Shown in pieces: positions 16,583 to 24,791 of a DNA stretch of 25,073 nt. The position numbers were made by a program, and so were the translations under genes. Every line of letters begins with the position of its first letter. The stretch's first letter is position 1. The DNA is from a virus. Lineage: Duplodnaviria > Caudoviricetes. A model generated the notes under the pieces. It had not been told where the DNA came from and searched no databases. It saw nothing but the letters and a program-made list of their open reading frames with translations. The DNA lies in the IMG/VR virus record IMGVR_UViG_3300034357_000231, positions 1 to 25,073 of that record; one strand, written 5' to 3'.

Positions 16583-16645
16583 TTATTTGCCCGGTGTGCC
16601 GGGGTTTCCGGGCCGTCCAGGCTTACCTTTAATTGGCGCAGGCAT
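16583..16645 (-). CDS. Candidate 20-aa micro-ORF with Gly-X-Pro repeats
   Basis: MPAPIKGKPGRPGNPGTPGK; fills the gap between two genes with 2-3 nt spacing on each side. Confidence 0.45.
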   Translation of the reverse strand: MPAPIKGKPGRPGNPGTPGK

Positions 16646-16647
16646 GA

Positions 16648-17061
16648 TCAGATTTTACTTGCCAAAAACTTGCGGTCTTCTTCGGTCGCGTCTTCGCGGA
16701 TGGCAATTTGCTTGCCGTTGCGCTCGACAATGATCCGTCTCGGAGTGTTGCGAATGATGTCTACAAGCGCATCCCTATTGGCCGCGTAGGCTCGCAGGTA
16801 ATTAATGATGTTCTCCGGATCGCTTTGCTCCAGTGCTTCGCCACCCTTCGTCATCCCACGGTAGATTTCATCGGCCTGCTGGCCCTTGTCGTTCAAGCAA
16901 TCAAACCAAAAAACGGTTGATTCTTTGCCGTCTGCCCGAACCGTGCGAGTGACGGCGTTGCCTTCCTTTAGGCGAAATCCCAACGTCACGAGTGCGACGG
17001 CGGCTTTTAAGTTTGGCGTGTAAAAAAACTCTTCACGCTCATTTGTTGTTTCTCGGATCAT
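16648..17061 (-). CDS. Hypothetical protein (about 137 aa)
   Basis: Track ORF 16648..17148; ATG at 17061, downstream of the hairpin, avoids overlap with the tail tube gene. Confidence 0.7.
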   Translation of the reverse strand: MIRETTNEREEFFYTPNLKAAVALVTLGFRLKEGNAVTRTVRADGKESTVFWFDCLNDKGQQADEIYRGMTKGGEALEQSDPENIINYLRAYAANRDALVDIIRNTPRRIIVERNGKQIAIREDATEEDRKFLASKI

Positions 17062-17065
17062 ATAT

Positions 17066-17100
17066 AAAAAAGGCGGCAGACTTTCGACCGGTCTGCCAGC
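17066..17100 (-). terminator. Probable intrinsic terminator after the major tail gene
   Basis: GGCAGAC/GTCTGCC stem (17075-17081/17091-17097) followed shortly by a T run on minus. Confidence 0.55.
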
Positions 17101-17119
17101 GGCCAGCGACGAGAAATTA

Positions 17120-17491
17120 TTACAGCGATGGGTATTGAGTCGCCTCAATCGTTAGCGTTTTGAAGGCATCGCTGCCTTGCTCGGAGGAAACAGAATCCAC
17201 AACGATCTTTCCGCCGGTCACACCGAACTCAGTGGTTGCATTGGCGATCGTGAGAAGCGATCCGACGCTGGCAGTCGCTACTCCAGTCGTGCCGTTGATT
17301 GCCCCGGCAATAGAGATCGTGGCGGTTCTGCCGTAGTAAGAAACGGCAACGATGTCGCCATCTTCGTCCATGAGTTCAGATTTGGAACTTTGAACGGAGC
17401 GGGAGAATGAAGAAAGAATAACGCCGGTTTCGGCAGTTGCGCCGAAGATGACACTCGCGGCGGTGGATGATGTGATAACGGTAGCGGCCAT
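17120..17491 (-). CDS. Probable major tail tube protein (123 aa)
   Basis: Ser/Thr-rich, beta-type sequence; lies after connector genes, before chaperones, and is followed by a terminator. Confidence 0.65.
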   Translation of the reverse strand: MAATVITSSTAASVIFGATAETGVILSSFSRSVQSSKSELMDEDGDIVAVSYYGRTATISIAGAINGTTGVATASVGSLLTIANATTEFGVTGGKIVVDSVSSEQGSDAFKTLTIEATQYPSL

Positions 17492-17519
17492 AACTGGCCG
17501 AAATTGTCAACTCACCAAA

Positions 17520-18005
17520 CTATCCGACGAGCGCAGCGTGAACGGTCAGCGAGACCGAGCGCAGAAAGTGTCTGTCGTTTGATTCTTGCGCCACAGCTCC
17601 GTTGCGCAGGAGCCCGTAGACGTAGCAATACTGCGGGCGGATAGAATTTAACTTGTCGCGCAAGCCAAAAATATCGTGCGTAACGCAGAGCACTTCGCTC
17701 CACAGAGACTCTAGTGCCTGAGGATCGGAATCATCCGCTTGAACAGCGAGAACAACGTCTAAAGAAAATTGGAAAATGCCAGAGTTGGTAATACTCTCGG
17801 TCTGTCGAGTCGCCTTTACGAAGCACGCGGGCAGCGCAAAGCCGTCGAAGTTTTGCGCATTGGTAACCGTGAGCGCTGATCCCATCTCTCCTTGGATGGC
17901 AAGGATGAATGCATCGGCGAGCGCCTTCTCGAGCGTGAGCGTGACAGTCGCTGGCGGTTTAATTGTCGCAGTTGGAATTGTCGCAGGTGGGAAAAACAAG
18001 CTCAT
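17520..18005 (-). CDS. Putative tail terminator/completion protein
   Basis: Size and position just before the tail tube gene; LPACFV motif. Confidence 0.55.
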   Translation of the reverse strand: MSLFFPPATIPTATIKPPATVTLTLEKALADAFILAIQGEMGSALTVTNAQNFDGFALPACFVKATRQTESITNSGIFQFSLDVVLAVQADDSDPQALESLWSEVLCVTHDIFGLRDKLNSIRPQYCYVYGLLRNGAVAQESNDRHFLRSVSLTVHAALVG

Positions 18006-18310
18006 TTATTTATGTCCTCCAGAGCGAAATCCACAGAGACCGCATCCTGCGAAAGGTCGGCAGACATAACGCGAAATCTCGCGCCGTTGATCGTGAGCAA
18101 ATCACCGAGATTGACGAGCTGAGTCGTTCCGTTGTAGGCCGCTGTCAGTGTCATTGCAACGCTCGCCATAAAGCCGCCGTCGCCCAGGCTGTTTTCTCTC
18201 CGAAGGTTCGTTCGATTCGCCACAAACTGCCTGCCTTCGTGTAATACGGTGATCGGCATTTCGCCGATAATGGCTGAAAGATCAGATGCGAAAATGTCGA
18301 GCAGGCTCAC
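18002..18310 (-). CDS. Putative head-tail joining (head closure) protein
   Basis: 102 aa with LGDLLTINGARFRV beta motif typical of gpFII-like proteins. Confidence 0.65.
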   Translation of the reverse strand: MSLLDIFASDLSAIIGEMPITVLHEGRQFVANRTNLRRENSLGDGGFMASVAMTLTAAYNGTTQLVNLGDLLTINGARFRVMSADLSQDAVSVDFALEDINK

Positions 18311-18325
18311 AAGTAGACGAACACG

Positions 18326-19012
18326 TCAAATTAGATCAACGACCTTGCACAGCCGCTCGTATTCGCTGTCCTTGATCGGCTTCTCTTTGCTCTGATTGTG
18401 GGTGGCATTGCTCCAGTGGATAACATCTGCAGTGATCGGATGCGAGTAGGGTGAGAAGGTCAGGCCACCGCAGTCGCAGTAATTAGGCAGCGTCTTGTAA
18501 GCGATACCGTGGCGCTGCAGGCCAGCGTGGATGAGCAGCATGGCTTCGTGCCAGTCGCGACCAGCCATGCCGTCGGCGAGCATATCGCGAAGCTTGGTTG
18601 CAAGATCAATCGCAAACGCACTGCCTTCGGGGATCCGCATCACAACTGGTGAAATGCTAGAAAGCCACGGAGAAAACGTGTAGTCTTCTAGGTCAAGTTT
18701 CACTGTGACCGCGCAATCCATCTGCACCCACACGCCGCCGTGCCGGTAGAGCGTCTCCATCGCAAAGTAATCGCTCCAATGCGCGAAGCTCCCGATGCCA
18801 CCGTTAGGGATGTAGGCGTGCGGATTGCCTGCGAATCCTACGGGAGCAAGCACGTCTTTCGGTAGTTGTTCGACTTGCACACCGTCCGGCACGCCTTCAA
18901 CCTTGCCTTTAACCCAAAGCGTAGGTTTGTTGCCGCTGCGTTCAAGGAGCGTGAGCGTGAGTTTTTCCATTAGCCCGAGCTTCGGGCCGATCCATACTGA
19001 ATGCGTGATCAT
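18326..19012 (-). CDS. Glycosyltransferase-like protein (GT32/OCH1-like)
   Basis: HSVWIG and HWSDYFAMETLYRHGGVWVQMD, a divergent form of SDxxRxxxLYxxGGxxxDxD. Confidence 0.75.
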   Translation of the reverse strand: MITHSVWIGPKLGLMEKLTLTLLERSGNKPTLWVKGKVEGVPDGVQVEQLPKDVLAPVGFAGNPHAYIPNGGIGSFAHWSDYFAMETLYRHGGVWVQMDCAVTVKLDLEDYTFSPWLSSISPVVMRIPEGSAFAIDLATKLRDMLADGMAGRDWHEAMLLIHAGLQRHGIAYKTLPNYCDCGGLTFSPYSHPITADVIHWSNATHNQSKEKPIKDSEYERLCKVVDLI

Positions 19013-20184
19013 TTCCTTGTGAGAATTGTCAAGCCGTTATTGTTTTCGTAGTGCTCGAAAAGCACCCAGTGGTCGTTGTCTCGCATCCACTCTTGGATCG
19101 CGAGATTGATGCCAGTGCCGTTGTCTTCTCCAAGAATTCCGAAAGCCACCGTGTCGTGAAACGCGATATACTTTCTTGCCTGGTTGCCGTGCCGCTCTAG
19201 CTCTCCTTTGACCTGCGCGTAGGTGTGCAGCGTGTCGATGAAGAGAAGGTCGGTTGGCTCGATAACATCAGCTTCTAGCGTGCTGCCCTGCCGGAACGTC
19301 CAGTCGATTTCGAGTTGGTTCCGGATAGCGAAAACGTTGAAGAAATCGTGAAGATCGTAGCTCCTGAGAATCGCTCTAGGCTTGTCGGAGAGCCCGTGTA
19401 GGAACGAATACGTGCTCATGCCGGTGCGCACGCCGAACTCGGTGACGTGCTCGCACTGCCGCGCCAACTGAGCCAGCCGCAACATATGCTCGTTGATGTC
19501 TCCGCAAATGCCGCGGCTGCGCTGAAAGATATTATTCAGCGGCCACTTCTGCATAAACTTCGCTCCGCCGTAAGCGTATGCCGTCTCGCTGTTCTGATGC
19601 TCCACGATGCTATCGCTTTCTCTCGAGCCGTTGGTTGGGTGGTCGTGCTGCCACTCCAGATCGCGCACAGAATAAATCGGTGCTTCGAGCTGCGTGCGCA
19701 CATTGAAATCATTGTCGCAGTAAACTCCGAAAAAATCAGGATGGAAGACATACCCGCGCTTGTTGTAGAGCGCCCGGGAGACCACCGGATGGCACATGAG
19801 ACCGTCTTGCCGCAAGGAGTCGGGAACGTAGCAAGCCCATTTTGTTTCGGGGTCTGGAAGCTTGCGCAGCTTGGTATCCCATCCCTGCGGTGGCGTGAGA
19901 TCGTCGGCAATCACGACCAAGATATGCCCGGTCGAAAACTCCGCGCAGATATTCCAGTTTGCCACGCTCGACGATGCCCACGCTGGCGGTGGGGGAGTGC
20001 ACGACCAGTAAACCTCCTCCTCCGTTGTCGTGAATGCCTTGATACTCTCCATGTCGTCGCTTTGAATCCCGAAAATATGCTCGACATGATCGGCATCGTC
20101 GGCTCGGTCAAGCCAAGTCTTGCGTGTTGCGAGTGCGCGTTCGGGCGTGCCACGGGTGGCGTGGAGTAGGCTTAGGATTTCCAT
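19009..20184 (-). CDS. GT-A glycosyltransferase fused to class I SAM methyltransferase
   Basis: N-terminal LVVIADD and YCDNDF; C-terminal TEFGVRTGMST, DLLFIDTLHTY and IAFHDT (Methyltransf_24-like). Confidence 0.82.
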   Translation of the reverse strand: MEILSLLHATRGTPERALATRKTWLDRADDADHVEHIFGIQSDDMESIKAFTTTEEEVYWSCTPPPPAWASSSVANWNICAEFSTGHILVVIADDLTPPQGWDTKLRKLPDPETKWACYVPDSLRQDGLMCHPVVSRALYNKRGYVFHPDFFGVYCDNDFNVRTQLEAPIYSVRDLEWQHDHPTNGSRESDSIVEHQNSETAYAYGGAKFMQKWPLNNIFQRSRGICGDINEHMLRLAQLARQCEHVTEFGVRTGMSTYSFLHGLSDKPRAILRSYDLHDFFNVFAIRNQLEIDWTFRQGSTLEADVIEPTDLLFIDTLHTYAQVKGELERHGNQARKYIAFHDTVAFGILGEDNGTGINLAIQEWMRDNDHWVLFEHYENNNGLTILTRK

Positions 20185-21851
20185 TTTGTTAGTTTTTCAA
20201 ATATTTCTTTTGCGCGGGTTGATTCTTTCGGGTCGTTGACTCTCGCATAGGTTTCGTCGGTCGGAATATTCTCGAAAGCCGGGTGGTGATGGACGCAAAC
20301 AATATCGCGAGCATCAACAATCGCGCCAGCCTTCGCGGCACGAACGGTGAACTCTGCGTCGCTGTATTGGTTTCGGAATGCTGGGTTGAATAGTCCGTGG
20401 CGCTCATAATATTTGCGAGTGATGATTGCCATCGCCAGCAACTCGTCGGTTCGGTGGCCGTCAGAAATATGTAGCACTTTTTCCTTCGAAATGTCTAGGC
20501 AGCTTTCGAGCATGTCGTCCCACCCTGGTGGGCATTCAAAGTCATCGGAGAACTGCACAAGAATATCTCCGGTGCTGTGCTGGGCTGCCAGGTTCCAAGC
20601 GCCGACAGAAAAACCGTCCGGATCTTGGCAAACACCCGCGAATCGTTGCAGTAATGCTGCAGACTCGTCGTCAGAATCAACCGAAAACAGGTGCTCCACC
20701 CGCTCTGGCTTGCTTGCGCGGGTTAGCCATAGGTTCATGTTTTGCGCGGCCTGCAGCGGCCTCCCACGCGTAGCGTGCAGCAACGAGATGCGGGGACGTG
20801 GTGCTGCGTCGAGCACCTGCATCTCGAGCTTAAATGCCTCTTCTTTTTTACCTGCCATTCTAAGCGCCCACGCTCGGAGCTGTTTGGCCTTGCCGCCATA
20901 ATATTCGGCCTTGTGCGTCCACTGCGTAAATGCCGGCACTGGTATTTTATCCATCTCATCGAGTAACGCCAGCGACTCGGCCGGCTTGCCTGCGTCCAGC
21001 AGGATCGAAGCCTCAAGCGCGACAGCTTCGCGGCGTTCAGGATCGAGCTTGCTGGCAGCTTGCGCAAAGCGGAGAGCGGAGTCTCCATCCGTCATGTTGC
21101 TCATATTCATGAGCGTTTCGTATTTGTGAACACCGTCGAGTCCCTTCATCGCTAATGCTTCGGCTCCGTAGCGCAGCGAGAGATCGCGTTGGTTGGTGAT
21201 CATTTTTTCGTAGTGCAGGTAGAATTTCCAGTGCGGAGCAAATTGATCTTGCCACTCCAAGATCCGTTGGTTGCGCTCGTTGCTTTTGCGTTGACCGAGC
21301 GGCGGCATGTGGTGGATCTCAACATCTCTGCGCATGTGAATCTTGATCGTTTTCGTTGGGTGGACGTTCTCGTGCACGGCGCGCCACCACCACCCGGTGT
21401 GATAACGGAAAAACCGCTCCCGGGGAGCGCGTTTGTTTTGTTCTGGGATAACGTAGTCGCTTAGAATCCAGTCGCACTCAGGCGGGCAGTCTCGCAGCGC
21501 CTTGAGCGTTGGCTCCACCATGTTGTCTTTGAGCACGTCGTCGCAGTCCGCCCATGTAACCCAACCGTTCTCGCCTGCCAGATCGTAGGCTTTCTCAAAT
21601 GCCATATTTCTCGCAGCGGCGAAGTCATCGAGATGCGGCCAATGCCGACAGAGTGGCGAGTTGAGATACTCGCCGGTGTAGCACCCAAGCGCCTTGGCAA
21701 TGCTTTTCGTCTCGTCCGGTTGCAGTGATCCCACGGCGCGAATGATAACAATTTCATCGCATACTTTTTGCAGGGACTTAACGCATCGCTCGATGCGCTC
21801 AGCTTCGTTGCCGCATATCAAGCCTGCGACAAGGCGGGGTTTTTGGTTCAT
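20172..21851 (-). CDS. GT2 glycosyltransferase - TPR - second GT-A domain
   Basis: NEAERIERC, DFAAARN, WADCDD and VHE motifs; helical TPR-like middle; C-terminal LVQFSDD and YSDAEF. Start set to ATG 21851, downstream of the terminator. Confidence 0.82.
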   Translation of the reverse strand: MNQKPRLVAGLICGNEAERIERCVKSLQKVCDEIVIIRAVGSLQPDETKSIAKALGCYTGEYLNSPLCRHWPHLDDFAAARNMAFEKAYDLAGENGWVTWADCDDVLKDNMVEPTLKALRDCPPECDWILSDYVIPEQNKRAPRERFFRYHTGWWWRAVHENVHPTKTIKIHMRRDVEIHHMPPLGQRKSNERNQRILEWQDQFAPHWKFYLHYEKMITNQRDLSLRYGAEALAMKGLDGVHKYETLMNMSNMTDGDSALRFAQAASKLDPERREAVALEASILLDAGKPAESLALLDEMDKIPVPAFTQWTHKAEYYGGKAKQLRAWALRMAGKKEEAFKLEMQVLDAAPRPRISLLHATRGRPLQAAQNMNLWLTRASKPERVEHLFSVDSDDESAALLQRFAGVCQDPDGFSVGAWNLAAQHSTGDILVQFSDDFECPPGWDDMLESCLDISKEKVLHISDGHRTDELLAMAIITRKYYERHGLFNPAFRNQYSDAEFTVRAAKAGAIVDARDIVCVHHHPAFENIPTDETYARVNDPKESTRAKEIFEKLTKWKS

Positions 21852-21879
21852 GTCTGATTGGGTGGTGATGTCAATAACA

Positions 21880-21911
21880 AAAAACCCACCCTTTTTCAAG
21901 GGTGGGTTTTT
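21880..21911. terminator. Intrinsic terminator after the major capsid gene (potentially bidirectional)
   Basis: Perfect 14-bp inverted repeat AAAAACCCACCCTT-tttc-AAGGGTGGGTTTTT. Confidence 0.85.
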
Positions 21912-21959
21912 GGTATGAACAACCAAAACAACCAATACCACAAACACCAACGCCAGCGC

Positions 21960-22916
21960 CTACAGACCAGTCGTGATGCGAATGATCGAGCTGCCGTCAA
22001 CAACCTTCTCGGAGACGTGCTGGCGCACGCGCAGAACGTTGCTACGGCGGGCTTCGTCGCGATAGGTCTCAGTCACAAAAGGAACTGGGGAGTCGGCACC
22101 CCAGAGGATCGAGCGGCCAAATCCGCCAGCGGCAAACTCGCCACCAGCCACGTAGCCGAGAGCGATGTAGCTGTCGCCCCAGATGAACGATCCGCTGTAG
22201 CTCTGACCTTTTTTCGCACTGTTTTTAGGAGCGCGACCGACGAGGACCTGATCGACTCCGACCGCCTGAGCGACCTCTTGCTCGGAGAGCAAACGAGTGC
22301 TGTTAGTGGCGACGACGCCGAACATTTGGTTTTGAACTTTGGTCGAGCGGCGAACACGCTCAAACAGTGTGGCCGAGAGCACCAGCGTGTTTGGAAGCAC
22401 GCCGTATTTAGCGAGCTCCAACTTGCCAGCGGCAACGTCAGCGGGAAGGTCGAAGGTCGTGATATTCGCTTCGGAGTAGGCGGCAGTTGCGCCGGTTCCT
22501 GAGATAGCGGTGATGCCGTTGGCTGCGTAGGTGAGAGCAGCGACGCGGGCTTCGTGGCCAATTTGAATTTGGCTGAGAAGCATGTCGGCGACCGCAACTT
22601 CGACGTCTAGGAAGCGAGCGAGATCACGCTGCGTTGCGTCGGGCAGAACTTCCTCAAGACCGTATTCGGTGGTGGCAAATGTGTCGGAGACAAACTTGCG
22701 ACTTACGCGGGGATAGGCGCTGCCTGCGGCGATCTTGGTGGCATCGTCATTCAACGCTTCGGACTGACCGAGATTGATTTTGAGATACTCGCCCGAGCGA
22801 ATATCGGCCACGTAGATCGGCATCACTTCTGCGCCGATGAAAAGGTTTTGCTTGTTGGAGCGGCCTTCGTAAACGGCCTGTGCGATGTCTCCGCGAATTG
22901 TAGTAGAAGATACCAT
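21960..22916 (-). CDS. Major capsid protein (HK97 fold, lambda gpE-like)
   Basis: 318 aa; FIGAEVMP, YGLEEVLPD, HEARVA and PNTLVLS motifs; follows protease and decoration genes; strong terminator downstream. Confidence 0.88.
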   Translation of the reverse strand: MVSSTTIRGDIAQAVYEGRSNKQNLFIGAEVMPIYVADIRSGEYLKINLGQSEALNDDATKIAAGSAYPRVSRKFVSDTFATTEYGLEEVLPDATQRDLARFLDVEVAVADMLLSQIQIGHEARVAALTYAANGITAISGTGATAAYSEANITTFDLPADVAAGKLELAKYGVLPNTLVLSATLFERVRRSTKVQNQMFGVVATNSTRLLSEQEVAQAVGVDQVLVGRAPKNSAKKGQSYSGSFIWGDSYIALGYVAGGEFAAGGFGRSILWGADSPVPFVTETYRDEARRSNVLRVRQHVSEKVVDGSSIIRITTGL

Positions 22917-22927
22917 AGTAGTGGGTG

Positions 22928-23281
22928 TTAGAGTTTGACCGCGTATTCGACGATGTCGCCGGTTGTGCCAGAGTTGATGGCGGTGCCGAGTGTCAGGCCG
23001 GATGTAACGAGCGTGCCAACGATCACTCCGCCGGTGGTGGCGAATACGTTGGATCCCGCTGTGACTGGGCCTGGGGATACGACCCCAAATTGAGTTGGAT
23101 GGAAGAGTTTGACCGCACCGACCCCGGTGGCGGCGACGTCTTCTTGAGTCACACCGATGGCTTCGCCAGCGGTTACCAGAGCGGCTCCGGCATTGTCTCC
23201 GCTAATGCGGACGAGGGTGTTCGCAGAGATCGCCGAAGCGAACGAGAGACTGCGAAATGTGTTGTCGATTTGTGTAGCCAT
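22928..23281 (-). CDS. Head decoration / capsid cement protein (DUF2190-like)
   Basis: 117 aa, Gly/Ala/Thr-rich; AIGVT and GTAI...GDIVE motifs; lies between scaffold and capsid genes. Confidence 0.75.
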   Translation of the reverse strand: MATQIDNTFRSLSFASAISANTLVRISGDNAGAALVTAGEAIGVTQEDVAATGVGAVKLFHPTQFGVVSPGPVTAGSNVFATTGGVIVGTLVTSGLTLGTAINSGTTGDIVEYAVKL

Positions 23282-23291
23282 ATAGTGGGAT

Positions 23292-24158
23292 TTAGAAATT
23301 GAGCTGATTGGAATCGCGGAGTGCGATGTATTCGGCAGGGTGGTTATTCATTGCGAATTTGATAGCGGCGGTGCGGCTACCGAGTTCGCCGGTTTTCTTC
23401 TCGATCACTTTCTTGAGATCGATCGCTTCGTCGGATTTACCGACGGCAGCGGCGGAACCTTTCATGGGAGCGGCTCCGAAGGTTTTAATCACCGTGTCAA
23501 GCTTGGAGTTGAGAGCGGAGAACTGAGCAGCCATTGCGCTCTCTTCGTCCTTTTTCTCTTCAGCCATCTCTTCTTTAGGCATCTCCTCCATTTTGCTCTT
23601 GTAATCGCCGAAGGCGGTTTCAAGGGCGGCCAAGCGAGAAACGATATCAGCGATGCTGATCTCGTCTTCTCCGTTTTCGAGTTCCGGTTTGGGTGCGTCT
23701 TCCATTTGTTGGGAAAATTTGTCAACTCGCGAAGCCCGTGCTTGGAACGAAAACAATCCTGTGGCGTTAGCTGCCGGGGTCTGAACGATCGCTGCGGCAA
23801 ACAACTCTTCGCAACTCGCGAACCGCTTGCCGTCTATCTCGCGGAGCGGCCCAGCAAACTCAATCGAAACGCCGAACGCGTCGGGAAGCTTCTCAGAAAT
23901 CTCGTAGACATACTCGCGGTGCGGCGATGACTTGAGCAGATTGATATCGGCAAGAAGCTTCTCGCCGACGATGCGAAAATTGTCTGCGTAGCCTACGATG
24001 CCTTCAATGTCGGCACCGTGGTTAAGATTGACCTTGACTCCGCCCTTATACCCTTCTGCGCAAGCCTTGACTTCGCGCAGGGTCTGCATGTCCACATACA
24101 TGTCGTGCCCACGCGCTTCGCCCACGCTGATGATTGAGACGCCTTCGATGATATCCAT
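23292..24158 (-). CDS. Prohead protease with C-terminal scaffold domain
   Basis: NLNH, FGVSIEF and IVQTPAAN protease motifs; acidic coiled-coil C-terminal half. Confidence 0.8.
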   Translation of the reverse strand: MDIIEGVSIISVGEARGHDMYVDMQTLREVKACAEGYKGGVKVNLNHGADIEGIVGYADNFRIVGEKLLADINLLKSSPHREYVYEISEKLPDAFGVSIEFAGPLREIDGKRFASCEELFAAAIVQTPAANATGLFSFQARASRVDKFSQQMEDAPKPELENGEDEISIADIVSRLAALETAFGDYKSKMEEMPKEEMAEEKKDEESAMAAQFSALNSKLDTVIKTFGAAPMKGSAAAVGKSDEAIDLKKVIEKKTGELGSRTAAIKFAMNNHPAEYIALRDSNQLNF

Positions 24159-24305
24159 GCCGTGGCGCGGATGTCAAAATAGGGAAGGTCTCCCGCCGCT
24201 AGTTGCCTCCCCCTTTTTCTAATTAGTTCGACAACCGGCGATCTCGACACATGCCGAGCGGAATCCCACGGGAGAGCGCAAGTGTCGTTAGGGCTGGAAC
24301 CGACG

Positions 24306-24791
24306 TCAAGAAAATGTTTCGGAATCTAGGATGAACCGCTCTAGTGCTGCCTGTGCGAGCGCACGAATCTCAGCTTCATTTTCTTCGATGCAGCCCACGA
24401 GTTCGAATGCGGTTGAGACTTGCGGCTTGATTCGGGATGCGGAGAGATTATGCGTGCAGCCAATTATATCGGTGGTCGCACCGATATGTTGCGACGGTGC
24501 CTGCAGGCCGATGCACGCCTGCGTGCCTGGGCTGGTTATGCAAGCGGAGATGCGAATCTCGACCGACGAGCCGACGATACTGGCAACGACTCCGTTGACG
24601 CGGACGATGACTGGCGACTTTTCGTATCGTCCGAACCTGCCAAAGTTGCCGCTTTGGTCGGGAGTGATTACTGGCGGCGGCGGCGGTGGACCGCCCGGTG
24701 TTTGAAGCAATCCCTGCGAGCCGATCGACAGCGGCGTTGGGCTTGGTAGCAAGCCCTGCGTGGCTATGAGCAGGCTGGTAAGAATTGTCAT
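24306..24791 (-). CDS. Hypothetical protein (161 aa) with poly-Pro tract
   Basis: TGATG coupling to the upstream gene; repeated IATQGLL/IGSQGLL. Confidence 0.65.
   Translation of the reverse strand: MTILTSLLIATQGLLPSPTPLSIGSQGLLQTPGGPPPPPPVITPDQSGNFGRFGRYEKSPVIVRVNGVVASIVGSSVEIRISACITSPGTQACIGLQAPSQHIGATTDIIGCTHNLSASRIKPQVSTAFELVGCIEENEAEIRALAQAALERFILDSETFS

Noticed and set aside
21852-21959. N-terminal extension of the GT gene to 21950 and nearby CAAC-rich pseudo-repeats
   Set aside because: The extension crosses the terminator, and the repeats are short, imperfect and low-complexity.
286-24749. Numerous plus-strand ORFs in the track
   Set aside because: They are antisense shadows of well-supported minus-strand genes and have no recognisable motifs.
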